Below are positions 39,531-60,943 of a stretch of DNA of 64,000 bases, piece after piece. Numbering within the stretch: the stretch's first letter is position 1; the number at the start of each line of letters is the position of its first letter. Below the pieces are notes generated by a model. The model saw only the letters and a program-made list of their open reading frames with translations. It did no database searches and was not told the origin of the DNA. Origin of the DNA: the human T2T-CHM13v2.0 reference genome, Homo sapiens; NCBI RefSeq assembly GCF_009914755.1, contig NC_060934.1, one strand, 5' to 3'. The translations under genes were made by a program, and so were the position numbers.

Positions 39531-39860
39531 ATATATATATCATGATTGAATACTAAATCTTGAAGTCAGTGATGCTGGCATGCAAAAGACATTTAATAAA
39601 CATCTTTGAAAAAATAAAATACGATGAATATGATAGGAGATTAGGCTGAGAAAATTGTGTTTAGGTCAAAAAGAAAATTTGACCGCAAAGTAAAGAGACT
39701 TTGATTTTCTATGACTAATTAATGAACTCAGGAGGGAATGCCAAAGGATATCTTTTAAAAATGTTTTGAACAGTAGCAGCATACTGAAATAAACATATGT
39801 AGCCTCACAAGGTGAATTATTTGGAAGACAAAACGCATTTAGATGTAACCGTTCTATTAG

Positions 39861-40213
<353 letters not shown>

Positions 40214-40859
40214 TAGCCATTCTCTACATGGCCCACTTCAAAACAGCCCTGGGAGCAGCCTTTTCTTTATTCAGCAAAGGCTCTCTGAGCCCCTAGGATG
40301 GGCTAAGCACTGCCACGGGCCCGAGGTCTTTGCCTTCATGGAGCTGGGCTGTGGACTGTGCTGGGTTGTGATGGGGGACAGTGACGCAGTCTCGCCTCCT
40401 GTGGACGACTTGGGAGGTTCCTAGTGGTCTGGAAACACCCAGGACAGCCCTGAGCTCAGCTCCCGGAAAAGGAGGCGTCTTCGGGCTCTGTACCGCATAC
40501 CCAATTGTGAAGCCTGGGCAGCTACACTGAGGTTCTGGGCGTCAACTCTCCATCTACGAAATGAGAGCATTACACAGATGACTTCAGGGTTTCGTTTGTT
40601 TGTTTCTTAATCCTATGACCAGAAAGAAATTCACTGTGACCAAACACACACACACACACGAATACACGCACATGGACACAACTGGAAAACATGCTTACGA
40701 ATGCCAAGGCCACTCCCACTCTGAAACATGTGGGGGATTGTGGTTGTTTTGTGTTTCTTTTTTTTTTTTTTTTTTTTTGAGACAAGTTCTTGCCCTGTCA
40801 CCCACGCTGGAGTACAGTGGCTCAATCAATCACGGCTCACTGCAGCCTTGATCTCTTAG

Positions 40860-41174
<315 letters not shown>

Positions 41175-42589
41175 TAGACCCTTTGCTGTAATGTAAGGTG
41201 TCTGGCCTAATGATGTCTGAAGTCCCTCCATTGCTAAAATTCTGTTTTATAATCATTCCATTCCATTCAATGGTCCTATATTGAGCACTTGTGCCAGGCA
41301 CTTTCTAGGCCCAGGGGCTGCAAAGGGGAATGACTTGTAGACCCCACCATTGAAGGACCCACCACCTTACTGGGTGAGCCAGCACGGGAAGCACAGAGAT
41401 GGAGATGGGTATGTGTGGGCTTGTTCCAGAGCTGGACGTGCCTAAAGACCCTTTACTGAGGCCATGATCTCCACCTGGCTCTCATTTGGGCCTACGCCAT
41501 TTCTGTAGACTTTAAATGGGCAATGAATATACTAGGTGTCACCAAACACATATTTCCACCACATTTCCACCCCACCCCAGAGGATTTTGTTTCAAGGGGA
41601 AGCGTCTAGTCATCCTATGTGGCCAGACTCTGCGTAGGGCAAGCTCTGGCAATAGGGCCAAACAATGCACGTGACAAAGGACAAATACAGGATACAAAAT
41701 ATAGCTATTTGCTGTGTTAATTATCTTACTCAAGTCTAAATGTTTTTCAGCCCTCGCTCTCCACCCCTGTGAGTTATCAGTTAAATTTTTAAAAATTGAT
41801 GACATGCAAAACATAATTATATTCCTAGTATTCCAATTCCTCATTTTAGACCCATGGCCATATCCACTTGGTCACTTTCCATCACAAGATACCGTTTGAA
41901 TTGTCAGCTCAAAAGCTCCCACTGCCCAACAAGGCCAAATGCCAACATGAAAAAAACCCCACAAGCCAATGGAGTTTATTTCTAATGCCAGACACAGCTT
42001 TGAAATACAGGTTTAGACAGCATGAGAACTGGCCGGTGAATAATTGCTTCAACAGCATCAGCCCTTTAAGGGCCCAAAGAGTAAACATGATCTTCCATGT
42101 GAGTAAAATGCAATGGCTGTGCAGAGAGGAGACATACGAAAGGTTTACCTTGGGCAGCACAGTCAAGAGCGGACTGTTTCCTTGCTCGAGTGTGAAAGCC
42201 CATCTATAAACAGCTTTCACAGCTCTGTGGTGCCAGACAATTGCACCATTGAAAGACGGGACTGGTAAGTGCTCCCCACTTCCAGGGATTATTCTGTGTG
42301 TCTCAGTAGAAGTAGGGTGCTTTGTCCTACTTCCCCTTTGTGTGAGTAAATGTCTTTTTATTCTAGGAGCCTCCGTTCCTGCTCTCGGTCTCTTGCTGTT
42401 ATTGTTTAACCTTCTCGGCACAAGGGAAGCCAGAGGCAGAGGGAGTCAGCCACAAAACCTGCCCGTCTCAGTGCCTGGTGAGGAGGCATTACCTCTCTAG
42501 AAGTTGTCCACTCACCACAGACCCATTCCTCAGAATGAACTCAGGATGTTTGGGATGTAGTTTTCCTGGGAAGCAGTAAAGCCATCCAG

Positions 42590-42965
42590 GAAGGCATAGC
42601 GAACCACACGATCCAAAAATGTTTATTGAGACGCACCACACACCAGCACGTTCTAAGCCCTGGGGAAAGAGCTTTGCTTATAGCCAAGTCCCTGCTCCCC
42701 TGGAGCTCGCTGTCCAAGAGCCATGATGATAACATGCAGATAAATACCTGGAATGTCAGGTGGCATGGAGGGCAAGGAGGAAGGAGTGATCAGGGCAGGG
42801 AGAGACGCTATTCTAGACGGACCCCTCAGGACAGTTCCTCCGATGAGGCCATATTTGAATGAAGAAAGAGATTGAGTCACGCAAATGTCTGAGGCAGGAG
42901 GGCTTCAGGCAGGAGAAACAGCAATGCAAAGGCCCTGGTTTGGGGTGTGCCTGGCATCTTGAAGG
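42590..42965 (-). mobile_element. L2 remnant
   Basis: aatgtttattgag...gtccctgctcccctggagctc...cagcaatgcaaaggccctgg. Confidence 0.65.
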
Positions 42966-43230
42966 ACCCCCAGGTGGCATTTTAAGGAGCTGGCGACAGC
43001 AATTCCTCCCAAAGAGCCTCTTCCAGGAGACACTGAGTGAGATGGCAAATGAGAGGCTTTTCTAGTAAAACTGCTAGTGAAGGCCGCACATGGTGGTGGC
43101 TCATGCCTGTAATCCCAGCACTTTGGGAGGCCAACTGGGAGGCTCGCTTGAGCCCAGGAGTTCGAGATTGCAGTGAGCTGTGATCATACCACTGCACTCC
43201 AGCCTGGACAGTAGAATGAAACCCTGTCTC

Positions 43231-43278
43231 AAAAACAAACAAACAAACAAACAAACAAACAAACAAAACAAAACAAAC
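43231..43278. repeat. (AAAC)n Alu-tail microsatellite
   Basis: Direct inspection. Confidence 0.9.
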
Positions 43279-43369
43279 CTGCTAGGGATGATCATTCCAT
43301 GTGAACAACTTGTTGATCCTGCCCATAATTAGAGCTCAAGTCTTCTAAGCCCTCCCCCCAGTCTGCTCA

Positions 43370-43831
<462 letters not shown>

Positions 43832-43959
43832 TCAGCCTGGAGTTCAAGGCCATCCTGGGCAATGTAAAAATTTTTTTTTATAAAAGGGTCCGGTCTTAAA
43901 AATATTTGTGAAGAAAACTAGGTCTTTGATTGCTTTCTGTCAATCACCTACTATTATAA

Positions 43960-44304
<345 letters not shown>

Positions 44305-45026
44305 TCACGATGATATGCATCCAGTACCATGGAACCATTGCTAACCCAGCTTACAGAGTCCTGTCTGGGAGCAGACTACCAGCCTTGGTTTGTGGCTGCA
44401 TGGGGACTCCCCATAGCTGGCAATTTGTTTATACAGAGTGGCTGTCACTTAATTCGGTAAAGCCTACATTTCCATGTCTCTCAAGTTTGGCAGAACCACA
44501 AACCTAGGGGGTGGCTCGCTGCCCCACCCTCAGCCCTCTCCACATCTGAAATGCCATAGTGGGTGCTCAGACGGTGAGACCGAGGGGGGCCCCCCAGCTT
44601 TCGGAGATACCCCCATGTGCTTTCACAGTCAACCAATGCTTTCTCTCCAGAGGCTTCACTTCTGCACTAATGCTGCAGGTGTAGCTCTCACACCTGAAAC
44701 GACACACAGAGGTTATCACTTTCCTTTCCCCAAAGAGACTTCTAGCACATGGAATCATGGAAAGTGAGGGTCAAAATGGACATGAAGTTCTTTGAGCCCA
44801 ATCGTCTTCCAGTGATTCCCTCACTACTCCATCTTTCTGCCAAGCAGCCATCCTGTTCGAGCCTGAACACTCCAGTTTCCCGGGAACACACCGGCTCCCG
44901 CCAGGTATTCTTTCTGCTATTTCATCTGGGCACCTCCGAGCAGCTTCTCTACCCTGTGCCAAAGTCTGTCTTCCCTTCGTCTCTACTCTGTGCAATTAAC
45001 GGATACTCTTCCTGGGAGCTACATAG

Positions 45027-45650
<624 letters not shown>

Positions 45651-45690
45651 ACCTTCACTTCACCTGTGAGTAGTCAGGGAAGCATGTGTT

Positions 45691-45989
45691 TTGCTTTATT
45701 TTTGTTTTGAGACAGAGTCTCGCTCTGTCACCCAGGCTGAAGTGCAATGGTGCAATCTCAGCCCACTGCAACCTCCGTCTCCAGGCTCAAGCAATTCTCC
45801 TGCCACAGCCTCCCAAGTAGCTGGGATTACAGGCACCTGCCACAATGCCCGGCTAATTTTTGTAGTTTTAGTAGAGATGGGGTTTCACTATGTTGGCCAG
45901 GCTGATCTCGAACTTCTGACCTCAGGTGATCTGCCTGCCTCAGCCTCCCAGCATGCTGGGGTTACAGGCGTGAGCCACCGTGCCTGGCC
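45691..45989 (-). mobile_element. AluSx-like with a 15-bp TSD
   Basis: TSD agggaagcatgtgtt at 45676-45690 and 45990-46004. Confidence 0.9.
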
Positions 45990-46244
45990 AGGGAAGCATG
46001 TGTTGATAGGGTCTCAACATCAAATACCTGTAGAAGCCAAGGAAGTAACGTAAGTGGAACCCCAGGGCTGGGTGGACAAGCCCAAGGGCTTCTTCAGCAC
46101 CCTCTGGACACAGTCCTCCAACCCCTTACTAAACCACCTCCCCAGGTTGACATCCAGCCTCCCACTGCCCATCCTGCCCAGATACACTGGAGAGTGCTTT
46201 CTAGAGGAAGTGCTGCATCTCAGAAAGGGCTATAGTGGAGGGGA

Positions 46245-46520
46245 ACAGAGCTCAGGCTCTGGAGTCAGACAATGCTGGGTTGTTGCCTTCCCTTTTCCAT
46301 TCCCTGGCTGTGTGACATTGCACAAGTGCACTTACTTCTCTGTGCTTTGGTTTTTCTCATCTGTAAAATGGGGAAAATAATAATGTCTACTTCATAGGGT
46401 TGACGTAAGTATTTTACACAATCATTCATGTGGTGTATTTAGCTCAGGGCCTAGCACATAGAGATTACTTAATACAATTCACCTATACTGATTATTTTTG
46501 TGGTTACTATTATCATTGCT
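46245..46520 (+). mobile_element. MIR
   Basis: ggctctggagtcagac...ctgtgtgacattgcacaag...tctcatctgtaaaatgggga. Confidence 0.8.
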
Positions 46521-48068
46521 ACAATGATTATTAGGAATCACACTGTTATCTCTGACATCTCCTACAGATGGTGGCAGCAGGACAATGGAAACAACCCGGT
46601 GAGTACAAAAGAGATGCTCTTGAACACACACCCAACCCTCTTCCTTCATTCACACCCCCCGGCCTGATATCGGCAGCACATCGCTATGCTCCTCTTGGAG
46701 AAAACTCCTCTCGCGTTGAGAGTGGAAACACCAGCTTGCCTTCGTGTGACATGGAGCGGGTCATGCCACTCCTCTCCTCAAAAACTTTCAGTGAGGTCCC
46801 TTGTATCTTACAGAACAAAGTCCAAACTCTATCCTGTCATTGAAGAGTCCTCTCCCAGGTGGCCGTGCCACATCTCCAGCTTGTCTCTCAGGAGACCTTC
46901 TCCAGGGCCCTGCCTGTCCACACATAGGACTCACCACTCCCTGGGCGAGCCTGGGCCCTTCCCCACCCATCCTGTGCTTTGATTCCCCAGGGGCGGTGCC
47001 CTTGCCGGACTCTTCATGGACTAAATCCCACTCGTCCTGCAAAACCTGGCAAAATTCAAGGCCACTGGAGGAGCTCTTCCTTTGAGACTCTCCAGCAGGA
47101 CTTGCCGCCTCTGCGCGGGGTGTGTAGCAAGCCCTGCTTGCCATTGCCACTCCGTTGCTGCAGAACGAGTGGGATTTGGTCTCTTTCGTGACTTCCCCAA
47201 CACACACACCCCACCCCCACCACATAGCACAAGGCTGAGAACACTGGGAACGCTCAATAAAGAAATATTTTTGGCCTGAATGAATGGCCTGAAGGACTGC
47301 TCCTTTCAACAATTATGGCCCAATAAATTATACCGACATTGCCTCCTGGAGGGAAAGGCCACACCAAGGCCCCCACAGATGGGGAAACTGCTCTGTCTGC
47401 CAAAACCCAGATGCAGGGCAGCCTTGGCCCTGCTTGGCTGTCTACCTGAATCTGGGTTTAACAACTTGGCCTGCAGTTTTACAGCCTGAATCACCAGGCT
47501 CAGCACAACAGCATGAGTTCTTTGTCCGCATGCTGCTGCCAGGTGTTGAAGGAACGGGCTGCAGTGACTTACCCGGCTCAAGGAGACCTGCAGGCGGGGC
47601 AGACGGGTGCCTGCACCCCAGGCTGGGAGGCCAGGGGACTTGTCTGCAAAAGAAACCCTTGTCTGGACCCTAAACAGAAAAAAAGAGGTGATGAAAGTTT
47701 ACATGAGGACCCGGCTCTGGGTGCTGCAGGGGGATGCGTGCTAGCTTGGAGGTTGGGGGTAGGGGCTGTGGAACATGGAGTGACCTTCAGGTCACTGAAC
47801 AAAGCTTAGAGGGCCCAGACTCAGTCAGATTTTATTTCTATAGCTGTAATAGTTGTGTGGTCCTAGGAAGCATGCAGGAAGCCATCAAATTTAAGCTTTT
47901 AGAGCTGGGGTTACATATCTTAAGAGCCGAAGAAATGCAGTATCCAAACAAGTGATATAAGGCATGAAGACTCGTGCAAGGAGAGGTTAGAAGGGTCTCT
48001 GGCTGTATGAGCGTTCCTTTCTTGGGTTATGAAGTCATTGATTCAGCATCTATAAATAGAGCTCACGG

Positions 48069-48247
48069 CAATGGCGTGCTGGTTACGGTTTAACCACCAG
48101 TTCTTCCAAGAAAAAGCCCTGACTTGAGGCATTTGCAGATTTCTGTGGTGTAAATACACCCACCATGGCCAATTTCAAACTACCCAGAAGGTAGGCCCAG
48201 AATGTAGAGCTGGGAAGAGATTGCACAGCCAGCTCCCGTACACACTG
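48069..48247. mobile_element. hAT-Blackjack (MER63-like) DNA transposon relic
   Basis: gatttctgtggtgtaaatacacccaccatggccaatttcaaactacc...gggaagaga with degenerate terminal repeats. Confidence 0.6.
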
Positions 48248-48889
48248 ATTCCCAGCAGCCTGTCAGCGTCACCAGCAAGAATCCTACCAGTAGCCCACTT
48301 CTTCAGTAGTTTTGCAACCTCAAGCAGTGCAAGTCAATGAGGCAACCTCAAAAATAATATGAGACGATAACCCCCAAAATTGTGTGAGATAAGATAATAA
48401 TTCCCTTACTGGGTAAGCATTTTTCAAACTGGCTATTATTTATTTTATTTTTTATTTTTATGTTTTATAGAGTAGAGGTCTCACTACATTGTCCAAGCTA
48501 GTCTCAGACTCCAGGGCTTAAATAATCCTCCTGCCTCAGCCTCCCACAGTGTTGGGATTACAGGCATAAGCCACCATGCCCTATTTATTTATTTATTTTA
48601 ATTTGTTCAGACAGGGTCTTGCTCTGTGTCCCAGGCTGGAGTGCAGTGATGCAGTCATAGCTCACTGCAGCCTCAAACTCCTGAGCTCAAGGGATTCTAC
48701 CTCATCAGCCTCTGGAGAAGCAGGGATTACAGGCTTATGCCAACAGGCCCAGCTAGTTTTTTATTTTTTGTGGAGATGTAATCTTACTACATTGACCAGG
48801 CTGGTCTTGAACCCCTGGCCTCAATCAATCCTCTCGCCTCGGCCTCTCAGAGTGCTGAGATTATAGGCATGAATCACTGCGCCCGACCC

Positions 48890-49786
48890 ACAGTCCTTTT
48901 GCAGATATTCACCAACATGCACAGAGCGGCAAAAAATTTGAGTCAACCGACAAGCACATTTCTAGCAGAGGCTGAACAAGGCAACGCTCTGACTTCCTGT
49001 TTCAACTGTCATTTTGTGAAGAAATGTCCTTTTCACAGTCCATTTAGTGCCAGGTTTTTCATATTTTTGTCCTTTTTCTTGGGGATGGTGCTGTGTAAAA
49101 TGGTCCCCACGTGCACGGCTGAAGTGCTGTCTAGCGATCCTAAGTGCAGAAAGACTGTGATGCACCTTCCGGAGAAAATACATGTGTTAGATGAACTTTG
49201 TTCAGGCAAGAGCTATAGTGCGGTTGACTTAATTCAATGTTAATGAATCAACAATATTTATTAATAAGGCATCTTTAAACAGAACTACACAGCTGGGAGC
49301 AGTGGCTTATGCCGGTAATGCCAGCACTTTGGGAGGCCAAGGCAAGAGGATTACTGTAGCCCAGGAGTTCGGGACCAGCCTGGGCAACATAAAGACTCCA
49401 TCGCTACAAAAAAAATTTAAAAATTAGCTGGGTATGGTGGTGCACACCTGTGGTCCCAGCTACTCAGGAGGCTGAGGTGGGAGAATCATTTGAGCCTGGG
49501 AGGTTGAGGCAGCAGTGAGCCATAATTGCGCCACCACTGCATTCTAGCCTGGGCAGAGCAAGACCCCACTTCTCCAAAAATAAAACAAAATAAAAGAAAA
49601 CCCAAAAAATCATAAATGCACGTAAAATAAAGTCATATATTAATCAGTTGACAAAACTCTTGTGACCAGAGACTCTCAGGAAGCTAACCCTGTATCTCCC
49701 CTAGGCGCAATGGTTCAGTATTCACTAATTCAGTGTCTGTGGTGACCTTATCAAATGCAGTTGCTATGAGTAATGGAAATCTACTG
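48890..49786. mobile_element. TcMar-Tigger non-autonomous element (MER82-like) with an inserted AluJ
   Basis: Characteristic gctgaagtgctgtctag...ggagaaaatacatgtgttagat...cctaggcgcaatggttcagtattc; terminus ...ctactg|TA. Confidence 0.7.
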
Positions 49787-50299
49787 TATCTGCAGGAGAG
49801 TGAGGAACTGCCACGGCCCAGCCCAGAGTGTCAGATCCCAAGCAGGGTAAAGAGGGGAGGAGAGGATCCATGCGGCAGTGGTTCAGAGTACGGAGTCAGA
49901 GTGCATACAGGGAAAAGCCAGTGGCAGCTCAGGTGGGAGATTCATCACACACATAGGTGGTGATGAAATAAGTAAACATGGCCCGGTACGGTGGCTCACG
50001 CCTGTAACTCCAGCACTTTGGGAAGCCAAGGCGGGCAGGTCACCTGAGGTCAGGAGTTCAAGACCAGCCTGACCAACATGGTGAAACCCCGTCTCTACTA
50101 GAAATACAAAAATTAGCCTGGCGTGGTGGGGTGCACCTGTAATCCCAGCTACTCAGGAGGCTAAGGCAGGAGAACTGCTTGAACCCAGGAGGTGGAGGTT
50201 GTGGTAAGCCAAGATCACGCCATTGCACTCCAGGGGCAACAACAGCAAAACTCTGTCCCCCGCCAAAAAAAAGAAAAATAAAAGAAAAAGGAAAGAAAA

Positions 50300-51930
<1,631 letters not shown>

Positions 51931-52125
51931 AAACGTGTCATCAAGGAATTGATTTGTGGTTTTTAAGTAAAAACCTTACTAAATTTATATACAGTAGTGA
52001 AACATTTCAGGGAAATTAGGTTCACTATACCGCTATATGTTTAATTTATTAGATTTATAAAAATTAGGTACTTGGGAGCATTTGTCAGTTAGACAATTGA
52101 AGTATGTACTTTTTTTTTTTTTTGA

Positions 52126-52233
<108 letters not shown>

Positions 52234-52532
52234 TAGCTGGGATTACAGGCGTGCACCACCATGCCCGGCTAATTTTTGTATTGAATTATGTACTTTTAAA
52301 AGGAAATTAAATATATTACATTTATAAATTAAGTTTTAAATGATTGAAGGCATTTAACTGAATGAGTAAATGGGACCAAATTATTATTTTAAAACTCCTT
52401 AAAAGTAATTGCTAAAATTACCTAGACTTATAAATAGAATACGGTTTTCAACTGAACTTAAAAGTCTACCGAATATTAACATTTTAAAACCAGAGTAAAT
52501 GCAAAAGTTTTGTGTTTTTTTGTTTTATTTGA

Positions 52533-52637
<105 letters not shown>

Positions 52638-53197
52638 TGAGTAGCTGGAATTACAGGCACACACCACCTCGCCCAGCTAATTTTTTGTATTTTTAGTAGA
52701 GACGGGGGTTTCATCATGCTGATCAGGCTGGTCTCGAACTCCTGACCTCAGGTGATCCATCCACCTCGGCCTCCCAAAGTGCAGGGATTACAAGTGTGAG
52801 CCACCGTGCCTGGCTGCAAATAGATTTTTTCTGGATAATATAGATTCAATAATTCACCAGCACTGCTATAGAACTAACTTTGTGCTTAGAGCTTCTAGGA
52901 TAAAGAACAAATATAGGCCGGGCATGGTGGCTCATGCCTATAATCCCAGCTCTTTGAGAGGCCGAGGCAGGAGGATTGCTTGAAGCCAGGGGCTAACGAG
53001 CAGCCTGGGCAACACAGTGAGGCCCCGTCTCTACAAAAAAAATTAGACGAGTGTGGTGGTGTGCCCCTGTAGTCTAGTCCCAGCTACTCTGGAGGTTGAG
53101 GAGGGAGGATCCCTTGAGCCTGAGAGACAGAGGTTGAAGTGAGCTGAGACCACACCACTGCACTCCAGACTGGGCGGCAGATGAGACCCTGTCTCTA

Positions 53198-53320
<123 letters not shown>

Positions 53321-53381
53321 TCACCTGAGATCGGGAGTTCAAGACCAGCCTGACCAACACGGAGAAAACTTGTCTCTACTA

Positions 53382-53540
<159 letters not shown>

Positions 53541-53740
53541 TCAAAAAAGAAAGAAAGAAAGACAGAAGTATAAAACACAATATCTGACCAGCTAAGGATA
53601 TCATAACTAATCAATGCCACAAGACTAACACATAGAATATAACAGCAAATAAAACAATCTGACAGTAAGACAATGTGGCATATCCTTATGTATAGCCCTA
53701 GAGGGCAGAACTCCAATCCAGAGGAAAATAAATGAAGGCA

Positions 53741-54143
53741 TTGCAGCCATAAAAAGGAATGAGATCATGTCCTTTGCAGGGACGTGGATGGAGTTGGAAG
53801 ACATTATCTGCAGCAAACTGACGCAGGAAGAAAAAACCAAACACCACATGTTCTCACTTATAAGTGGGAGCTGAATGATGAGAACACATGGACACATGAG
53901 GGGAACAGCACACACTGGGCACCTATGGGGGTTGGGAAGAAGGAGAGCATCAGGAGGAATAGCTAATGGATGCTGGGCTTAATACCTAGGTGACAGGACG
54001 ATCTATGCAGCAAACCACCACGGCGCACATTTACCTAGATAACAACCCTGCATATCCTGCACATGTACCCCTGAACTAAAAAGAAAAGTTGAAGAAAAAA
54101 TAAATAAATAAATAAAACTATATAAACATGAAAAAATAATAAT
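53741..54143 (+). mobile_element. 5'-truncated primate L1PA (about PA13-like) 3' end
   Basis: Canonical 3' UTR (atgttctcacttataagtgggagctgaa...gcacatgtacccctgaact); TSD aataaatg(a/g)aggca at 53727-53740 and 54144-54157. Confidence 0.88.
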
Positions 54144-54164
54144 AATAAATGGAGGCACTGATAT

Positions 54165-55430
<1,266 letters not shown>

Positions 55431-56338
55431 CCAAGCCATCCACTAATCAAATACATCACTTAGAAAGTAATGAGATTCAGGCTGGGCATGGTGGCTCACA
55501 CCTGTAATCCCAGCTACTCAGGGAGGCTGAGGCACGAGAACTGCTTGAACCCAGGAGCCAGAGGTTGCAGGTGATCTGAGACCACGCCACTACACTCCAG
55601 CCTGGGCAACAGAACAAGACTCTGTCTAAAAAAAAAAAAAATTCTATATATATATATATATATAAACACTGTAACATAATCAGGCAAAAAATTATTAGCA
55701 AATGGTACTATTTATTTATTTAGAGACAGGGTCTCACTCTGTCACTCAGGCTGGAGTGCAGTGGTACGATCTCCGCTCACTGAAACCTCTGCCTCCTGGG
55801 TTCAAGTGATTCTCTTGCCTCAGCCTCCCGAGTAGCTGGGATTACAGGCGCCCACCATCACGCCTGGCTAATTTTGTATTTTTAGTGTAGATGGGGTTTC
55901 ACCATGCTGGTCAGGATGGTCTCGAACTCTTGACCTCAGGTGATTTGCTCGCCTCAGCCTCCCAAAGTACTGGGATTACAGGCATGAGCCACTGTGCTCT
56001 GCAGCAAATGGTACTCTTTAAATAAAAGAAATTTTAAAATTGAAATTTAGCAAGGAGTCTGTGTGCTTGCCAACAGTGATGTGTCTGTCCTCTCTTGCAA
56101 AGGATAAACTGTGTCTCCCTGTTGCTACTCCAAGGTTCAGAACAAGACCACTGCCACCACAGGCATCCGATGCTGCCCTGACAGTCATGGGCAGCCAGGG
56201 AGACCTCTGCTCCAGAGATGCAATTAGAGAGAAAAAGTGTCCACAGCTGGGCACGGTGGCTCACACCTGTAATCCCAGCACTTTGGGAAACTGAGGCGGG
56301 TGGATCAGGATGTCAGGAGTTCGAAACCAGACTGGCTA

Positions 56339-57620
<1,282 letters not shown>

Positions 57621-58179
57621 GTTAGTATCTGCAAAGACTCTCCTTGCCCAGATTCCAGGCATCTGTCCTCTGCCCCTAAATGATGGCCACACAAATTTCC
57701 CTTCCTCCGTTCTGGGTATGTGACCGCAAGGGGCCCTTCTAACTGGAAATTCCAGTGGCACATTGGCACGAGGAAAAGAAAGATGAAAGATCAGAGAGGC
57801 GACACCAGTTGAAACAGGCTGCTGAATTATTACAGCGAGTGACCATGGGACGATGGAGCCGGGGGCGGCCACCCCCTGCTGGCTCAGTAGGTCAAGTCAG
57901 TGCGGTGTCCCAGCAGAGGCGGCTTGAACTTAAGGCGAACTTAACAATCAATGTGGTCCCTTAAAGAAACCTAACTTATTTATTCATTAAGTATGGAACA
58001 CACATTGCTTTCACCCAGGTTAGCTTTGTGTAAAATATGCTATCGACGTGCATATATTTTCAACCATTGTTTGAAGAGAAACCTATTGCTTTCGGGCATT
58101 TCATTTACAATGTTTATGGAAATGGATATGTCAGCTATTTGCTTATAAAAACTCATGCCTACTTGAAATATAAAAGATG

Positions 58180-58575
58180 CTAAATAGAGCTTCACTTTGC
58201 ACGAGTCAGGTGCAAACAGCCCCAACCTCAGTGGTTTATAACAACAAAGGTTTATTTCTCACTCAAGCTCTTTGTGTATCATGGGTTGGCTGGGACCATG
58301 GTGTCATGTCTCCTCATTCTGGGACCCAGGCTGGGGAAGCAGCTGTCATCTCAAACGTTGCCATTCGCCATGGAAAAGGGAGTCTTGGAAGGCTCTTGCC
58401 TGCAAATTAAATGCCACAGCCCAGGGACACACAGTACTTCCTTCCACGCAGGACTCATTGGCCAGAACAAGTGACACACCCCACCCAACCACAAGAGGGT
58501 CCAAAATGCAATTCTACCATGTCCCAGGAGATGCAGGGGGCTGGAAGTACTTGGTGAATAATCTTAACAACTCCC
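58180..58575 (-). mobile_element. Old MLT1 (J/K-like) LTR
   Basis: aaacagccccaacctcagtggtttataacaacaaaggtttatttctcactca...tcattggccagaacaagt. Confidence 0.65.
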
Positions 58576-58700
58576 CTAAACTGCCAGAGGCGACTGGCAT
58601 TCAGACAACAGGGCTCAGCCACAGCACCCTCACGCAATTGTCAGGCCATCTCTGAGAAGTAGGTTACTTCTTGATATAACATGATAGGAACCATTACCTA

Positions 58701-59050
<350 letters not shown>

Positions 59051-60451
59051 TTACGTTTATCACCAAGGAATGTCTGTGAGTAGAGAGAATATGGCTCAGG
59101 TAGACTTTGTACTGGGTTGTGTAAAAAGACAGAAGCCAGCGGCAGTGCCTTCTACCTGATTCCAGACCCAGGCTCCAGAACATAACCACGGTTACCTGAA
59201 TGTCTCAGGAGCAAGAACTCAGAAGAGAAATGCCACAGTCTGTTTCAGATGTGCTGAATCGTGAGGAAACAGCATAATGTCTGGAGGAAGCTGGATCCAG
59301 CCTGCTGTTAGAATGTACCCCTGGCCCTTACAGAAGAAGCCTGGGGCTTAGAGACACAGCGAGAAGTCACCTGCATCGAGGTGAGAGTCCAGCCAGGGAG
59401 GAGGACGAGGTCCAGGACAAAACCTTGCCAACGTCATTGACACTGAAAAAGACCAAGAAGAGCAGGAGGGTGAGAGGGGAGAGCAGGAGGTCACAGGACC
59501 TCTTGGGGACCAGACTCCAGCTTCCAGGATTCTCAGCCTGGACACTGCCTTCCCTGGAAAGCCTCCTGCCTTCTCCCAGTGGATCTGCAGCCCCTCCCAC
59601 AGTGGGCCCTGTACTCCCGCCCAGCCCTCCCCTTGCACTGGGGTCTGCTTGGCACCTGGGACAGAGTTTTGTTCACTGGAACCTCCCCAGTGCCTAGACC
59701 GGTGCCTGACCCTTGGAAAGCACTCAATACATGTTCCGTGAATGAAGAGATGAATGAATAGAAAGTCCAGAGTGGTGACGATCAAAACTAAGATTCAAAT
59801 GGGGAAACAATAAGTAAGCAAAAATGGATGCAATTTGGTTTAATTCAACAAATGATAAACTCAGCCCCTTGCGGAGGGATCCAGGACAGAGGTGACACAG
59901 GTCTTATTCTCGAGGTGCACACAGCCCAGCGGGTAGATCACAGAGTGAGGGAAGGTGTAGCAGAAACGGGAGGAGGTGGACATTTTGAATCTGAGATTCA
60001 AAATCTGAGATTCAAAAACAGGAGGAGATGGGCATTTTGAATCTGAGATTGGCAGTTGAAAACAGGAATGGATTTTTCCAGATGAAACAGAATGAGGAAA
60101 GGCACCAGCCCAGGAAACTGCAGCTGCTGCAACACCTAGGACTCCGGCGTCTGGAGTAGGGAGAAGCGGGAATCACCAGGGTGTTAACAATGAGAGGAAT
60201 TATTCCTACATGAACACGAAAATGACTCAGACCCCAGCAGAGCTGCGGCTGTCCCTTGTCCCTTGTGCAGTCATTGAGCTGCTGTGCCCGAGGAACAAAA
60301 ATGCTCAAAAGGATAAACAAAAACAAAAGGTGCCCAGGGGCACCTCCCCTTCACACCCACCTGGGAACACCCACACCAGGGAAGCAGAAAACCACTTTAT
60401 CACGGGCTTCACTGGAGCCCTCAAGAGAAACTTCTGGCTAACATTCGTTGA

Positions 60452-60703
<252 letters not shown>

Positions 60704-60706
60704 TAG

Positions 60707-60943
<237 letters not shown>

